A stretch of DNA of 64,000 bases, from positions 32,001 through 96,000 of the IMG/VR virus record IMGVR_UViG_3300032047_000003, one strand, 5' to 3'. Source of the DNA: a virus. A program made the position numbers and the translations under genes. The notes under the pieces are model-generated. The model was given only the letters and a program-made list of their open reading frames with translations. It did not search any database and was not told the origin of the DNA. Positions 29,901-38,800 of this stretch are shown here, one piece after another (the stretch's first letter is position 1; every line of letters begins with the position of its first letter).

Positions 29901-32900
29901 GTCAACATCACTCTTGAAGTTCGAATGCAGCCTTGTCATTAATTCTTCGGCTTTTGTAGAGTAGTACTTACTTAATGCAGAATTTGATCGATTTATAAGC
30001 ATTGACGTGGCTGCCAGCTTGTTTAAAGTCTCTGCAGAAAGTTTACCTGTTGGATTTCCGAAAAGATCAAATTCTTTAGTATATATTCCCGTTGAAGTAG
30101 GGTTTCCAGTCTTTAGACTCAGGCCATCCACCTTAATGGACTGCGATCCATAATGCGCAGATCTAAAAACCGCTTCAGTCCCTACTTCAATTCCCGATCC
30201 GATAAGACCGTAAGGAGTAAGTCTCGCCACATCTTTTCCAGTTTTTAGTGATCTTGCAACATCGTACACTAATAATCCTCCCCCTACCCCTTTTGCAATC
30301 GCCGCACCATTAGAAGCGCTGTAATCGAGTTTGTCAGGGTTATACTCTCCGTGAGCCGTAGTCTGAAACATACCTCCAAAACCTCTTTCAATAGAATTGA
30401 GGCCTACATTGAAGCCAGATCGAAGATCGTCTAGTCCGAATTCATTAATAATTCTTGGTTCTAAAAACCACTCGGAATACTGTTCAAAATATGACTCCAA
30501 CTGCTTGAACATTATGAATTTTTGAATCTTAGGAGGAGCGTCTTTATACGCGTCTTTTGAAAATTTCATATAAGCGTATGACTTAAGCAAAGTGAAATTA
30601 TTCTCAAGTAAATCCATTCCTCCAACTTTTGCCAAATTAATAGTATCCAAATAGTTAATATATTTTCCATGAACTTGATCCCGAGCATCTTTAAAAGCCA
30701 AAGCTCTTAAAGTTAATTGGGTTACAGTCGTCCCATCAAAAGCACTTCCTTGATCTTCCCAAAATAGAGAGTTAAGTCCGGTATTCATTGCCCCACCCCA
30801 ACCCATAGAACCTGATGTCGTTTCAAAATTTCCCAATCTTTGAACATTCGAAGATAAAAAAGTATTAATCGCTTTTTCATCTTCTGGATGAACGTTCCAT
30901 ATCGCAGTGGGTCCTGGAGTCACATGTTCGATCCCCTTATCTAACCTAAGATAAAGTTGTTCCGATATATTAAAGTTATGACTCAATTCTTCAGTTTCAC
31001 CAAGAAGATGATCTGCTATAAAGGACGGACCAAACACAGGAATGCCTCCCTGCAGTTCAATCTTCATGTAGTCATGGAGCAACTGGTCTACAGGGTGAAG
31101 GGGCGTATACATTGAATGCCCTCCGCGAGAATAAACTAAGGTGTTTTTATTAACGATTCCCCTTGCCTTCTTATGTATTTCTGTTATTCCTTGAGTCTCG
31201 ACAATAGGAATCTCCTTAAATAAAAAACCTTGCGCCCATCCTCCATCCGCGGCTTCTTCTCTATATGCGCCAGGTTTTGAAATATTTTGCAGAATTGGAT
31301 CCTCGGACAAATTGTTTTCCTTAGAAATGTAATCATAAAGGATTTCATTTAAAAGGTCTTGCGCCCTGATATACAGGTCCTTGGTGAGTTGAGAACGAAC
31401 CGCGTCGTTATAAAGTCCCGCCTCCACCGCTGCATTCCACGCACGCTCAGCCAAAGCCCTACATGCTAAGAAATCATTCCGAAAATTATTTCCATCTGCA
31501 AGAACCCTGTTGCCGTCTCTATCAATGTAAAAAGGCATCGTGTCGTTGCCTATAATTTGTTTTCTAAAATTGTATATAATGGCCAATTCTTCTTGTTGTT
31601 TTTTATCCGCATTGTTTGGCAGGCCGTTGGTATCTATATTCAAGTTTATTAAATCTTCTTGTTTTATTTCTATACTCGCATCTGTTTTTATACCTAACCT
31701 TTGATACTCGTCATTCAAACCACTTGATACCAACCTTATGACTTCGGAACTGGACAGTTCAATATTACCCGAGCTGCCGATTGCTAAAAGAAATGTTGTA
31801 GAAAGAGCTCTATTTAACTCATAGTAGAAAGAAGCTTTAAGTGCGCTATCAGACCCTGAATTACTTGCTTTAAAATATTCTACTAAATCCACAGGGGTTT
31901 CAATTTCGGAAATTTCTGGAGCACTTCCATCAGCTGGCCCTGTAACTAAATTGAAAAAGAAAACGCTTGCAATTTTTTCGTATTCTTCTTCTAGATTGTC
32001 GTACTCATCATATAGAACTCCGTAGTCTATACTTTGCTGGAATCGCTCTAAATCTCCTTTTGTCCAACCTAGAGCTCCGTTAAGGCTATCAAAAACTCCA
32101 TCTCCAACAACTTTTTCTTTAAGGAAATTATAGTTATAGTAAATATAATTTCTCCATAAAGAAGGACTAGCATTTAAATAATAACCTTCTACTTCAGATT
32201 CTTCTCCAGAGACATCGCTAGAGTTTATACTCCATTTATTTAAATCATATAAAGTTTCGTATGCTACTTTTTTCGAAATACCGCCGGCACTTTCTTCTGC
32301 AATCGTATGCCGTATTTTGCTTTCTATCGTCCCTAAAAGTTGAATAAAATAAATTAATTCATTTATTGTATTTTCACCAGTAAGAGCTTCTCTATCCTTA
32401 AACCAAGGGTAATCATCATAGAACTCTCTAAAATCCTCTTCTTCTAAATAAGAAAAGAACCCACCGTCTATGGTTTCAATCTCTTCCCCCGCATTATAGT
32501 ATTGCTTTACTATGCCTTCAAATTCATCTTCCCCTATCATATTTATAACTTCCTCTCCAAATCTGCTTTGTGCTATTTGTAACACTTTGTCTGAATCAGG
32601 CATAAGGTAGCCATTGTAGCTTACTTGAGGAGCAGATGCGTCAGCACTAAGCCGAGCAGGCGAATAGGATTTCTCTATAAAGTCTTTTGTATCAAGATCG
32701 TATTCTAGCACAGAATACTCTCCATTTTCCCATTTCCCCTTAAACTCTTTCAAATAGTTAATGACAAGAGCTTTTTTTGCTTCATCTTTAAGGCCTTCAT
32801 AAGAGGCTTTTTTTATGGCCAGTAATACGTCTGAATACTCTATATCTTTCTTGATTAAACTCTTTCTTTCCTTTACTACTTGCAGTTGCTCCACCTGAAA

Positions 32901-35891
32901 GGGATTAGTTTCAGAAAGCTCCATTAGCATCAAATATCTTCCTGGAAAGCCTTCAACATTGCTCACTTGCGAACGGTTCACAACAACCCTTGGAGTTATG
33001 TCGACTCTTGTAGATGCGTCGAATTCGTTATCTTCATTCAATGTAAAAGACATGTCTACTGCTTTGAAACTTCCCAGAAGCCTAGTTAAAAAAGTATTCA
33101 AAGAAAAAGCATGACTGTCTGGCGCTTCCCTAAAATCTCTTGCTTGTTTTTGCAGCCTGTTTAAAACAGAGTGCAAATGTTTCATCGGAAGGCTCATTGA
33201 ATCCAAACCGTTGTCGCTTAATCCCGAATCAAAACTTTGAATTTCAAAAGCATAACCTGGCTCCATTGAGCCCATGTGCTGTGTTGTGGGAAATTCGTAA
33301 CCCACTATTGGTATGCTAGCCACGATATTGGAAAAAGAAGCAGAGCAAGAAGTTACAAAAACTTCTTGATGGACTTTTTTGCTTCCAAGTTTGTGATATA
33401 TCTCTTTTCTAATGTTTTCGTAATTCAAAATACTTGGGTCTGCTTGCAACCCTTTTTGAAATTCAAACATCTCTTGCATTAAAGCTGCGTCTTCGTTCGA
33501 ATCCAATATAGAGCTTAAGTTAGTTAAAGGAAGGTATTCGTTTTTATATAAAATATTTCCTGGACTACCACCTCTTAAGTAAGGTTGAAACCCAAGTTCG
33601 CTTAATTTAATCATTTTATTTATATACGTTTTAAAAATTAAATTTTCATCTTTAGTCAACGACTTAATGTCTATGTCTTTTTTCATTTGAAAATTATTTG
33701 CGTATGCTTCTACATCGGTTTTCAATCCTATCTTACTTGGGCCTTCTGGCTTTGATTCTTCTTTTGAAAATTTATGCATTAAGAGCGGATATGGCGGTAG
33801 CGCTTTCTTGCCTCCCGCAGCAAATACCCTTATTTCAAAATGCAAATGCTCTCCTTTAGAACCTCCCGTATTCCCCATAAAGCCAATAATGTCTCCTTTT
33901 TTGACCTGTTGACCTCTTTCTACAGCAATAAAAGCTAAATGCGCGTATTTGTGATAGAATACTTCGCCACCTCCAGTAGTGTCACTACTGGATAGCTCTG
34001 TGTAAAAACCATAGCCCGAAGCATTATTTTTTACAAATTCGACCACTGCGTCTTCCACTGCAAAGATCGGAGCTACTCCCTTCCCTTGAATAGTCCTAAG
34101 AGCGCTCTTATGATCATCAGTTGCAAAAGGCTTACTTGAATCTGCTATAAAAGTTTCAAATTTGTCTTTAAAAGATCTTATTTGACCCCTTGCTTTAGAA
34201 GTAGTCCCGCTAACTTTTTCACCTTTTAAAACCTTTTTTAAATCTTCGTAACTCATGTAAGCTTCTTTCTTTACAGCAAGATCTATACCTTTATGAGGCC
34301 TGTTTTTTTTCTTTGATACTGGGTGTATTGGTCTAATCCCATAACCGTCTGTTATAACTGCAGTAGCTTTTTTATCTATTAGAGAGCCTAGGGGCGGGTA
34401 CAAAGTTCCGCCGGAGTCTTCGTATTCTTGAATTGTTAAAATATTCTGACCGTAGCCTGTAAAACTGTAATCCTCTGGACTCGTTTTCGTTCCAAAATTC
34501 CATATTTTACTTACGTCTTTCGAGTTGACGTATTCTCTTCCGTATGAATGTCCATTTACTTTTCCAGTCTTGTACATTCCCTTTAAATTAAGCTGTCTGT
34601 TGTTAGGGAAAGCATAACTGGATAAAGGTACTATCTTGACTTCTTTTAAAAATTCTGCTTGAAGGTATTTTCGCTTGCACCTTTCTACGAATGGGGGCAT
34701 GTTAAGTCGAACAAAACCTCTGTAATTTAATTCAAAAGAAGCGTGATGTGAATGCATCTTAGATAAAATGGAATTTACAATTGAACTATCTTCCAAATGA
34801 AAAGATTGAACTTGATACCAAAGGAAGTTGTCGTTATCTACCGAACTGCTTGTTCTGTGTCCTTTTGTAAATTTTAAATAAGAGTTACTGTATTCAGGTC
34901 CCTTAGAGTTAGCTTCTGCTTCTTCCACGCCCCACTCAGGGTGATATTCTGAAAAAACATCAATCCCGAAATCCGAAAACAATGCTTCAAACTGCAAGTC
35001 GTTAATATAACGCTTGTAGATATTACTGTGGTAAGCAAAAGTTGCAACAGAAGGAGACATGTTATCTGGAAGCTCCATTCCGTCCATGAGAACTCCAGAA
35101 AAATTATTTAAACTATTTTCTAAACTCATATTGTTTGTTGAAGCGTCCAGTAGTGAATTGAAATCCTTATACCTTAAATGCGGATAGTTTTTATAATGTT
35201 TTTTGTCAATCTGCATGTCCATATACCCCCTTTTTAATTCAGGGCCTATTACAACTGGAATGGTTCTTTGAATCCAACTCGCTCCTGACGATATTGGCAA
35301 GGTGTAATAGTCTTTTTTATAGAGGTAGTTTGGAGTATAAGGCAAATAATTAAACCATTTCATGTCAAGTTTAACAATAAACGTACCTGGCAGCCCCGCT
35401 GCTTCGTTTATGTGAAAGTTGGTAACAACAAATGCCATCTGTTGGAAAATGTTATCGCCTTTTTCTGGACTCAAAGAAGGGTCTATTGCATCTTTTATAA
35501 AATTGTTTTGCACGCTAATGAAAGGTGAATTTCTTATTTCTACGATAAGTCTATGCAAGTGAAGAAGCAAGTCTGGAGTGAATATTATATTCACGGTAAC
35601 TTGACAAAAACCTTGCCCGCTCGGGACTTTTGTACTTTTCGAACTTCTTAAAGTTTTCCAGTTCCAATAAACGTCTTCTTTTGATATGTTTATATTTGTA
35701 GGCGGAATATTAAGAGCAATGTCATTGATGATAAAATTAGATTTTGGGTCAATTGTATAAACTATATTGTCGCTATTCTCGTTAGTAACATTAGATTTCC
35801 TTAACGAAGATTTGCCTCCTGGCAAAGCACTATTTTTATTGTAAGAATCTCGAAACAACCCTTTTCCTTTTTGCAACTTACTGCTTCCCAT
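23916..35891 (-). CDS. Giant baseplate hub/tail-associated lysin with M23 metallopeptidase (3991 aa)
   Basis: M23 motifs HKGIDL, YAHL, GDIIGFMGNTGGSKGEHLHFEIR at ~33820-34370. Hub-like (gp27/gp44/VgrG-type) motifs in the C-terminal third: RPGMNIQLRAGYSN...VQSFGTEL, YSGEISILGDPSVKPWD...GPVEVKSVTHIFSFETGYITEI. Confidence 0.8.
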   Translation of the reverse strand: MGSSKLQKGKGLFRDSYNKNSALPGGKSSLRKSNVTNENSDNIVYTIDPKSNFIINDIALNIPPTNINISKEDVYWNWKTLRSSKSTKVPSGQGFCQVTVNIIFTPDLLLHLHRLIVEIRNSPFISVQNNFIKDAIDPSLSPEKGDNIFQQMAFVVTNFHINEAAGLPGTFIVKLDMKWFNYLPYTPNYLYKKDYYTLPISSGASWIQRTIPVVIGPELKRGYMDMQIDKKHYKNYPHLRYKDFNSLLDASTNNMSLENSLNNFSGVLMDGMELPDNMSPSVATFAYHSNIYKRYINDLQFEALFSDFGIDVFSEYHPEWGVEEAEANSKGPEYSNSYLKFTKGHRTSSSVDNDNFLWYQVQSFHLEDSSIVNSILSKMHSHHASFELNYRGFVRLNMPPFVERCKRKYLQAEFLKEVKIVPLSSYAFPNNRQLNLKGMYKTGKVNGHSYGREYVNSKDVSKIWNFGTKTSPEDYSFTGYGQNILTIQEYEDSGGTLYPPLGSLIDKKATAVITDGYGIRPIHPVSKKKNRPHKGIDLAVKKEAYMSYEDLKKVLKGEKVSGTTSKARGQIRSFKDKFETFIADSSKPFATDDHKSALRTIQGKGVAPIFAVEDAVVEFVKNNASGYGFYTELSSSDTTGGGEVFYHKYAHLAFIAVERGQQVKKGDIIGFMGNTGGSKGEHLHFEIRVFAAGGKKALPPYPLLMHKFSKEESKPEGPSKIGLKTDVEAYANNFQMKKDIDIKSLTKDENLIFKTYINKMIKLSELGFQPYLRGGSPGNILYKNEYLPLTNLSSILDSNEDAALMQEMFEFQKGLQADPSILNYENIRKEIYHKLGSKKVHQEVFVTSCSASFSNIVASIPIVGYEFPTTQHMGSMEPGYAFEIQSFDSGLSDNGLDSMSLPMKHLHSVLNRLQKQARDFREAPDSHAFSLNTFLTRLLGSFKAVDMSFTLNEDNEFDASTRVDITPRVVVNRSQVSNVEGFPGRYLMLMELSETNPFQVEQLQVVKERKSLIKKDIEYSDVLLAIKKASYEGLKDEAKKALVINYLKEFKGKWENGEYSVLEYDLDTKDFIEKSYSPARLSADASAPQVSYNGYLMPDSDKVLQIAQSRFGEEVINMIGEDEFEGIVKQYYNAGEEIETIDGGFFSYLEEEDFREFYDDYPWFKDREALTGENTINELIYFIQLLGTIESKIRHTIAEESAGGISKKVAYETLYDLNKWSINSSDVSGEESEVEGYYLNASPSLWRNYIYYNYNFLKEKVVGDGVFDSLNGALGWTKGDLERFQQSIDYGVLYDEYDNLEEEYEKIASVFFFNLVTGPADGSAPEISEIETPVDLVEYFKASNSGSDSALKASFYYELNRALSTTFLLAIGSSGNIELSSSEVIRLVSSGLNDEYQRLGIKTDASIEIKQEDLINLNIDTNGLPNNADKKQQEELAIIYNFRKQIIGNDTMPFYIDRDGNRVLADGNNFRNDFLACRALAERAWNAAVEAGLYNDAVRSQLTKDLYIRAQDLLNEILYDYISKENNLSEDPILQNISKPGAYREEAADGGWAQGFLFKEIPIVETQGITEIHKKARGIVNKNTLVYSRGGHSMYTPLHPVDQLLHDYMKIELQGGIPVFGPSFIADHLLGETEELSHNFNISEQLYLRLDKGIEHVTPGPTAIWNVHPEDEKAINTFLSSNVQRLGNFETTSGSMGWGGAMNTGLNSLFWEDQGSAFDGTTVTQLTLRALAFKDARDQVHGKYINYLDTINLAKVGGMDLLENNFTLLKSYAYMKFSKDAYKDAPPKIQKFIMFKQLESYFEQYSEWFLEPRIINEFGLDDLRSGFNVGLNSIERGFGGMFQTTAHGEYNPDKLDYSASNGAAIAKGVGGGLLVYDVARSLKTGKDVARLTPYGLIGSGIEVGTEAVFRSAHYGSQSIKVDGLSLKTGNPTSTGIYTKEFDLFGNPTGKLSAETLNKLAATSMLINRSNSALSKYYSTKAEELMTRLHSNFKSDVDDKGNLKIESMLGTDVKYLSETANESRYAKGAALSNNFRFRDIRTDLEVLKEINLSNYINADDELKKLEAFRNELKSFVEEVKKNREVCYALGIDFLNESYNYVPPSERYSGIECYPDLGLPNHPFYTQSNFETGAAFYMWDIYNDGGAKITKEFLDEIERNSKVYLEGAYKHLKKMESKSITAIRVADSDATDVTNDNTSGLSTNNEGTDNVLYPYDTYYDSNGHYVLYKNLGEANSPFFTGQAKRNDLTDSLKKEIVTLIQESEGKDSFVFKFDQNGDGSSYDNSYVAETREQVVAQRTSLYRYLRFIDADGNRSITKPWSAKITDGASGFGGMLYDSAATVGGWAVGIDTSYIMDGQQGVQSPSDAISGFNRVHEITGVEPLKAIVKNNSYDSSALYVHENGNLLEEVNSVAMLSDEVMQIENMFGNGAGYVGDLIEEKSENSKAVETLLNDVKLRGLGAQTNYNQTFSLEGLNSLAKASSARLFTEKKKLSRAYPTFKLFFIEEDEFESRFINMDDFYSFNGVRSFSVSRSRENAADSAIISLQNIAGTLDGTRKGATIDVDYFSKKRVERIKRENKSSEKKDRNTLVSYSADNSNLESDTDQPFSAVVLRPGMNIQLRAGYSNNPDNLEVLISGRVTDISWGGAGDTCEIVVQSFGTELVQHLKGIEEDSKNKEYFATHQVLGSLMLSPELKHFGRWETGRIFQYGEAQDARLDFFRYKDNSDPSALQGYKQWAGFLSDWGLETAIASVGIGISFLFTKRLGLGKVGLPGFGLRGFTVKAVEGGSKLAPRTAWRLPFSYIRTAVASLMNPRFFPFVSGSLGRLASRVGLNRVGSLMRGGFSTVSGYTALRRGLAQGGDAALGAFKHLFIGIGDDLVRAASSVVKTVAAEVKVLSAATTSLTQTALRKSLLSVETALKAVPRGSSYAVFKTLTKEIDEIFAIIGRTAVSGADDVLANPQLTKRVFDLFKASERFMIAAVSQPSFARSVYLQGFRGAGGSTPLFLGTTALSATFNSTAIFFKTSLFFFAVDYIGGGIFGKSFTDTHKEYRRLYQNWFTKELVYFKLNPSDDNLYPPSPIYYMHNLTHIEKTVSEKVGMLFQMAFSDFSGAEGKSAMEFLKDWQNVNPLLYLKRVHPDACRYKLQNSTIWDVFHEMTLRHPGWIYSAVPYGKEFRYTMFFGIPSQRYWSKPATPGFIQRMNSVRELLTANVDDEDDLKRFFKQGYNEDYKTKKISDAEYEEFKKKARKNLMSKFKGKARNLLAVANQVKTTYNRAEYHAAMSKRKFTDTWNIAIGVYNPDAIVTEADLKDRQNYYETNSWDETGSNLLFLMEEMLKKPKRYSGMSQRELKRKFERMAAKGEARLKLKDKARSIETDIRADETFSDINDRKKLIEFINNRADHRFSTFGSKIENFLADENNVDERYVEGQTISKDDLELNRNTIELRGRLLKEYLTGLENRFVPFRNYHLIRSRENLIRNNFTVSQRNAVNSVNVYYKDMHDANNKKSVFMKASSNIPDSNLISQNVDKYDIRDRAMATRYGIGSLIYGVKEMYSGEISILGDPSVKPWDVCFLFDDQSKMSGPVEVKSVTHIFSFETGYITEIVPNAIVVGNESSSWPVLEALKVYVGGAIARERSVIDRGSSSDASSVNEQYGGDKNLPAILTTSKDKEELDTAIKRMNESTSRELGEIGYGTLGQRLGIIPESPDVSLNIDGFNLSYEASSSMIERYSDLVRNGIIEYKEVVDIDKNIFGETTNTENNVKATVNLEKLFKDLGNQNPSLNSDFSDFQDQAVSTVESLFDLGVSAFFAADALNPTTGTAGQFATKAIGLTGAGLSLLLLGKWKLNAGGLLKAAGVGGSGGVYMAGVDNQYYYNSSQVLDRFSSSYLIAAPIIFSKLLESEAVTIVPIVKEGKPLFAGVSTRSPTSVWQNILGDIVSGIDDAFRGVFDTIDENEAMGTEFYKHIVSRNPERANDPGLKYLKDSGQLLQYIKGN

Positions 35892-35893
35892 TT

Positions 35894-38800
35894 TTAATCT
35901 CCAAAAAACTTTCGTCGAATATAATTTTCACTTACAGGACCCCTTGTATCATTTATAGTAAAATGACTTTGTCCTCCCATTGCTCCCACAATGTAAGATA
36001 GCTCTGATACTGATCTCATATTATGAGCCATTCCTCTCATTTGAAAACCACCTGGACTGTCTGCTAAAACTTGACCTATATTTATCTGCCTATTCATTAT
36101 ATCATTTTCTATCGAATTCTGCATATTTTGAACTGCTTCTTGACTCGGTCCCGCCTCAAAAGCGTTACCTTCTCTGATAGCGGCTTTTAATTCTGGCGAA
36201 ACCATTTCGCCTTCCATTGATAAAGGCACAGGGTCGTAACCACCATAACCCAAACCCGATCCAAGGGCCATAGTTGCAGCTAAACCAACCCCAAGACTTC
36301 CAATCCTTCCTCTGGAGCCAATTTCTACAGCATTCGTCCTCATAAGAGTACCAATAGTCCTCATCGCCTCTTCAAGGTCACTCATTGTGGTCTGCTCTAT
36401 ATTAGAACCCATTAGTTGCCCTTGAACATTGTTCCTTAGAAGCCCTTGAAACATTTCGTGATAAGCACCGAGTTCTTGCTTGGAAGCAATACTTAAACGT
36501 CTTTCTGTTTTTGCATGCAAATAACCTGCTTCGCTTACATGAGGAAGCAAGCTTCTTAGATAAGGCATTACATAGCTAAGAGCGTCTTCTGCAGAATTGG
36601 TTCCTCCCGGAGCAAACAGATTTATAACTTTTTGACCTTCCAGACTGTCCGCTAGTACGTCCACCCCACCTCCCACTACATTTGTCTTACCAAATGTAAC
36701 ATCGAGATCTACTTCTCTAAAAAGATAGTCTTTAAAAAGTTTTTCGACAGTATCAAAAGCACTAACGTCTCCTTGTATTGCTGCATTAATATTTCTCGAT
36801 ATTGCTTCAGCCAAAGGTATATCAGTTGGAAGTTTTTTGGCTTTAATAACTGCGACTTCTTGTATTGCGGACAACAAGTTCAAAGCATCAGATGCAACCT
36901 TTCTTGTTGATTCATCAGCAGTATTAACGATTCCCAATCTTAAAGCGTCAAAACTAACATCAATTGGCCCTACGTTTTTACCCAGCTGCTCCTGTCTTGC
37001 CTTTACAGCGATTTCTTCAATAAGACTTCTATCAACATCCCCAATGGATCTTCTGAGATTGTCAATACCTTCTCCTGCCATACTAAACAAAACCCTTGTT
37101 TTAGCTCTATAAAGAAGTTTTTGTTTTGCTATGTTTTCTAAATTAGCCTTACCCTTCTTCCCTAAAAGGTTTATTTCTTTTTCTCCTAGATTGCTTCTAG
37201 TAGGAAATAAAAGCTGGTAAATGTCCCCGTCAAAGTCACCTATCATACCACCCGCTAAAGATAAGTCCATTCTTTCCATCTTGCCACCATAGTGAACATC
37301 TACCATAAACTGAGGAATACTAATACGCCCACCGCCCACTCCAGGAGAAATTTCACCCATATGATTTCTCATTGCATCGAAAAAACTTCTTAGAACTTTA
37401 TGCCTTTCCCCTTTGACTGTAACTCGATTTTTAATCTTTGTCATTCCCGCTTGGAGTTCTTGGTCGTAGTTGCCGCTAGCAATCGCTTGATCAATTCTTG
37501 TATTCTTTCCCTTGATATCGTCAATGCTTTGCTGTAGCTCAGCCATACTTTCTGGATCTGACATACTCAACAAGCTTTCTTCCATGCTTTCGATTTTTAA
37601 CAAATTCCTTCCTTTCATATAATCCAGCACATGTTGATCACTAGGTGTTTGTATATTTTTCGGTCCTTGCTTTACAAAAGTCAGCAAATCTTTAAAACCT
37701 TTAACTTCATTACCTGTTAAATTATAAAAGTCCTGCGCAGCCCTTTTGCCGCCTTTAGTTTCAAGAAGCTTTTCAAAAATATTATCCTTCCCGCGCAATT
37801 CAGAAAGTTCTCTAAACGCTCCAACGAACTCTACGTGGGCGCTCCCCATCACGGGATGTCTCGATGCAATAGCAATATTTGCCAAACTTGGGCTAGATTG
37901 ATCATATGAGCTTAGAAAGAAGTATTGAAGGGCATCTCTTGTTGCCCTTTTGCTATCTACCCTAGCTTTTTTAACTGCTTGCTTTGGATCAACTCCTTTT
38001 GATACTGCATTTTGCATTACATATTGAGCATTTACTCCAGATGAAAAACTAGACATTGCATTCAAAAAAGAAGTACTGTCTTGAAAAACAGCATGACCGA
38101 ATGTTACTCTTTGAATTTTTCTCATTAAATATTTTTCTTCATTCGTATAATTGGTAGACCCTAAAGACTTAGACAGATAACCTTTCATTTCGTCTTTACC
38201 GATAACAACATTGTTTAAAATATTCATCCCCTTTCTTTTTGCTGCATCTCTTTCCTTTTGACTTATTCGAGTGTTCTTGCTTTCCCTCATGGTAGAAACG
38301 TAAGTATCGTACGTTTGTTTATCTAAAGAAGAAGCAAAATCTGAAAATATGTCTACTCGTTTTTGAAGACCAACAGATTGGTTCATCCTGTAGTTGCCGC
38401 TTTTTGTTTTTTCGAAAACGTTTCCAGTTATTTCTATTTCTCCGCTTTCCCTGCCTATCTTCAAACCTAAAAACTCATCATGAAACCTACCAGTGTCTAC
38501 AGTTCCACCTAACCCAAAAGTAGATCCAGACATTTTACCTCTTAAAGTCTTTCTAAAAGAGATACCAAAAAATTCACTCATTGAATCTTTAAAATCGTCC
38601 AGCCCTCTAAGGGCCATGCCTATCGCTTCAGTATTGCTTTGTGCTTTAGAAACTTCAACTAAACTTCTACTAAACCTACTTAGCGTTTTGATATAATCTG
38701 CGTCTATTTCTCTAAAAGCATCATCAGTAGGAATCAAAGTTCTTTCTCGTTCAAGAAGCTCCAAGAAGTTATCTCCACCTGGAAGATATATCTGTGAAGG

